The notes beneath the pieces are model-generated. The model was not told the origin of the DNA, did not search any database, and was given only the letters and a program-made list of their open reading frames with translations. Shown here piece by piece: positions 42,536 to 43,130 of a stretch of DNA of 43,130 bases. This stretch comes from a virus. Lineage: Duplodnaviria; Caudoviricetes. Position numbers and translations under genes: made by a program. The DNA lies in IMG/VR virus record IMGVR_UViG_3300037313_000786, positions 1-43,130 of that record, one strand, 5' to 3'. Position 1 is the first letter of the stretch; every line of letters begins with the position of its first letter.

Positions 42536-42822
42536 AGAACGACTATACCTCCGGCGTGTGGAGTGTGACTATCGTTCGCGGGTCATACAAACAGCCCTAT
42601 CTAATCGAAACTGACAGCGGCAAGGTTGTCGCGCATTGTGTCGGAAATCAACTGGAGCCAGACGCTACCAGCATCAAAGAAGCCCGTGCGAACTCAGCGC
42701 TAATCGCTGCTGCGCCCGATATGTATCGAGCCCTCGCCGCCGTGTTGTCCAGTGTCAAACTCGAGAGCGGCGTCGGCGAGTTAGTTGCTGCCGCACTAAA
42801 GAAAGCGGAGAGTCGTCGATGA
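42532..42822 (+). CDS. Phage hypothetical protein (ANA.LIAAAP family)
   Basis: ANSALIAAAPDM motif. Confidence 0.75.
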   Translation: MKNDYTSGVWSVTIVRGSYKQPYLIETDSGKVVAHCVGNQLEPDATSIKEARANSALIAAAPDMYRALAAVLSSVKLESGVGELVAAALKKAESRR

Positions 42823-42971
42823 GGCTATTCTCCAATAGCCCGATAGACCCGCGCAAGCTGACGATGGAGTTCTGGCAGATCGCCAAGCAGCACCCCGGAC
42901 GCCGGGAGCATATCTACGGGAAGATTCACCCGATGGATTGCAAGTGCGACAGCTGCAAGGTGGCGGCGTGA
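42819..42971 (+). CDS. Small hypothetical protein
   Basis: Coupled ORF ending CKCDSCKVAA. Confidence 0.5.
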   Translation: MRLFSNSPIDPRKLTMEFWQIAKQHPGRREHIYGKIHPMDCKCDSCKVAA

Positions 42972-43130
42972 GCGCACAGCATCTCGCCAACAAGTTCCGG
43001 CGGGCCAAGCGCAATGGAAGCGGCACACACTTTACCGCCGACGAGCTTGACCTGCTGTGGCGCTGGGGCGTGATGGAGCTTGTGCTGCGCGAGGAGCTAG
43101 AGGAATTGCAATGTCACGAGAGGAAAAGCG
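42968..43130 (+). CDS. 5' part of the excisionase-like ORF that continues to 249
   Basis: GTGA overlap; frame stays open across the terminal repeat. Confidence 0.5.
   Translation, partial: MSAQHLANKFRRAKRNGSGTHFTADELDLLWRWGVMELVLREELEELQCHERKS
43004..43130. repeat. Terminal direct repeat, copy 2
   Basis: Identical to 1-127. Confidence 0.95.

Noticed and set aside
43004-43130. Biological direct terminal repeat
   Set aside because: 127 bp equals a common assembler k-mer, the repeat cuts through genes, and the HNH-terS-terL arrangement suggests cos packaging
1-43130. CRISPR array, diversity-generating retroelement, retron, rRNA
   Set aside because: No regular repeat-spacer array, reverse transcriptase motifs, template/variable repeat pair or rRNA-like sequence was seen by eye

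Overview
The window is an apparently complete, circular temperate siphovirus genome of about 43.0 kb. Bases 1-127 are repeated exactly at 43004-43130. The host is probably an alphaproteobacterium, inferred from the GTA-like tail, the alpha-type LexA box and a NepR-like gene. The layout is lambda-like: tyrosine integrase with attP (3' half of tRNA-Val-TAC), accessory genes, lysis cassette, tail, HK97-type head and terminase, late promoter, replication and methylase operon, cro/cI switch, and an early recombination operon (ERF, NinB). The most unusual signals are: (1) a dispersed family of about 85-bp structured elements fused in-frame to gene ends with a consistent polarity, forming inverted pairs around gene modules; (2) a tRNA-shaped in-frame insert splitting the o-spanin signal peptide, next to an atypical antisense tRNA-Gly; (3) a LexA-box-controlled gene overlapping antisense a repressor that lacks a cleavage domain; (4) a NepR-like anti-sigma mimic, a DUF1996 lipoprotein and an exported protease inside the lysis cassette; (5) a nested out-of-frame gene in the C5 methylase; (6) a transposase-less IS1595-like cargo cassette. 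All family calls come from motif recognition by eye; no searches were run.
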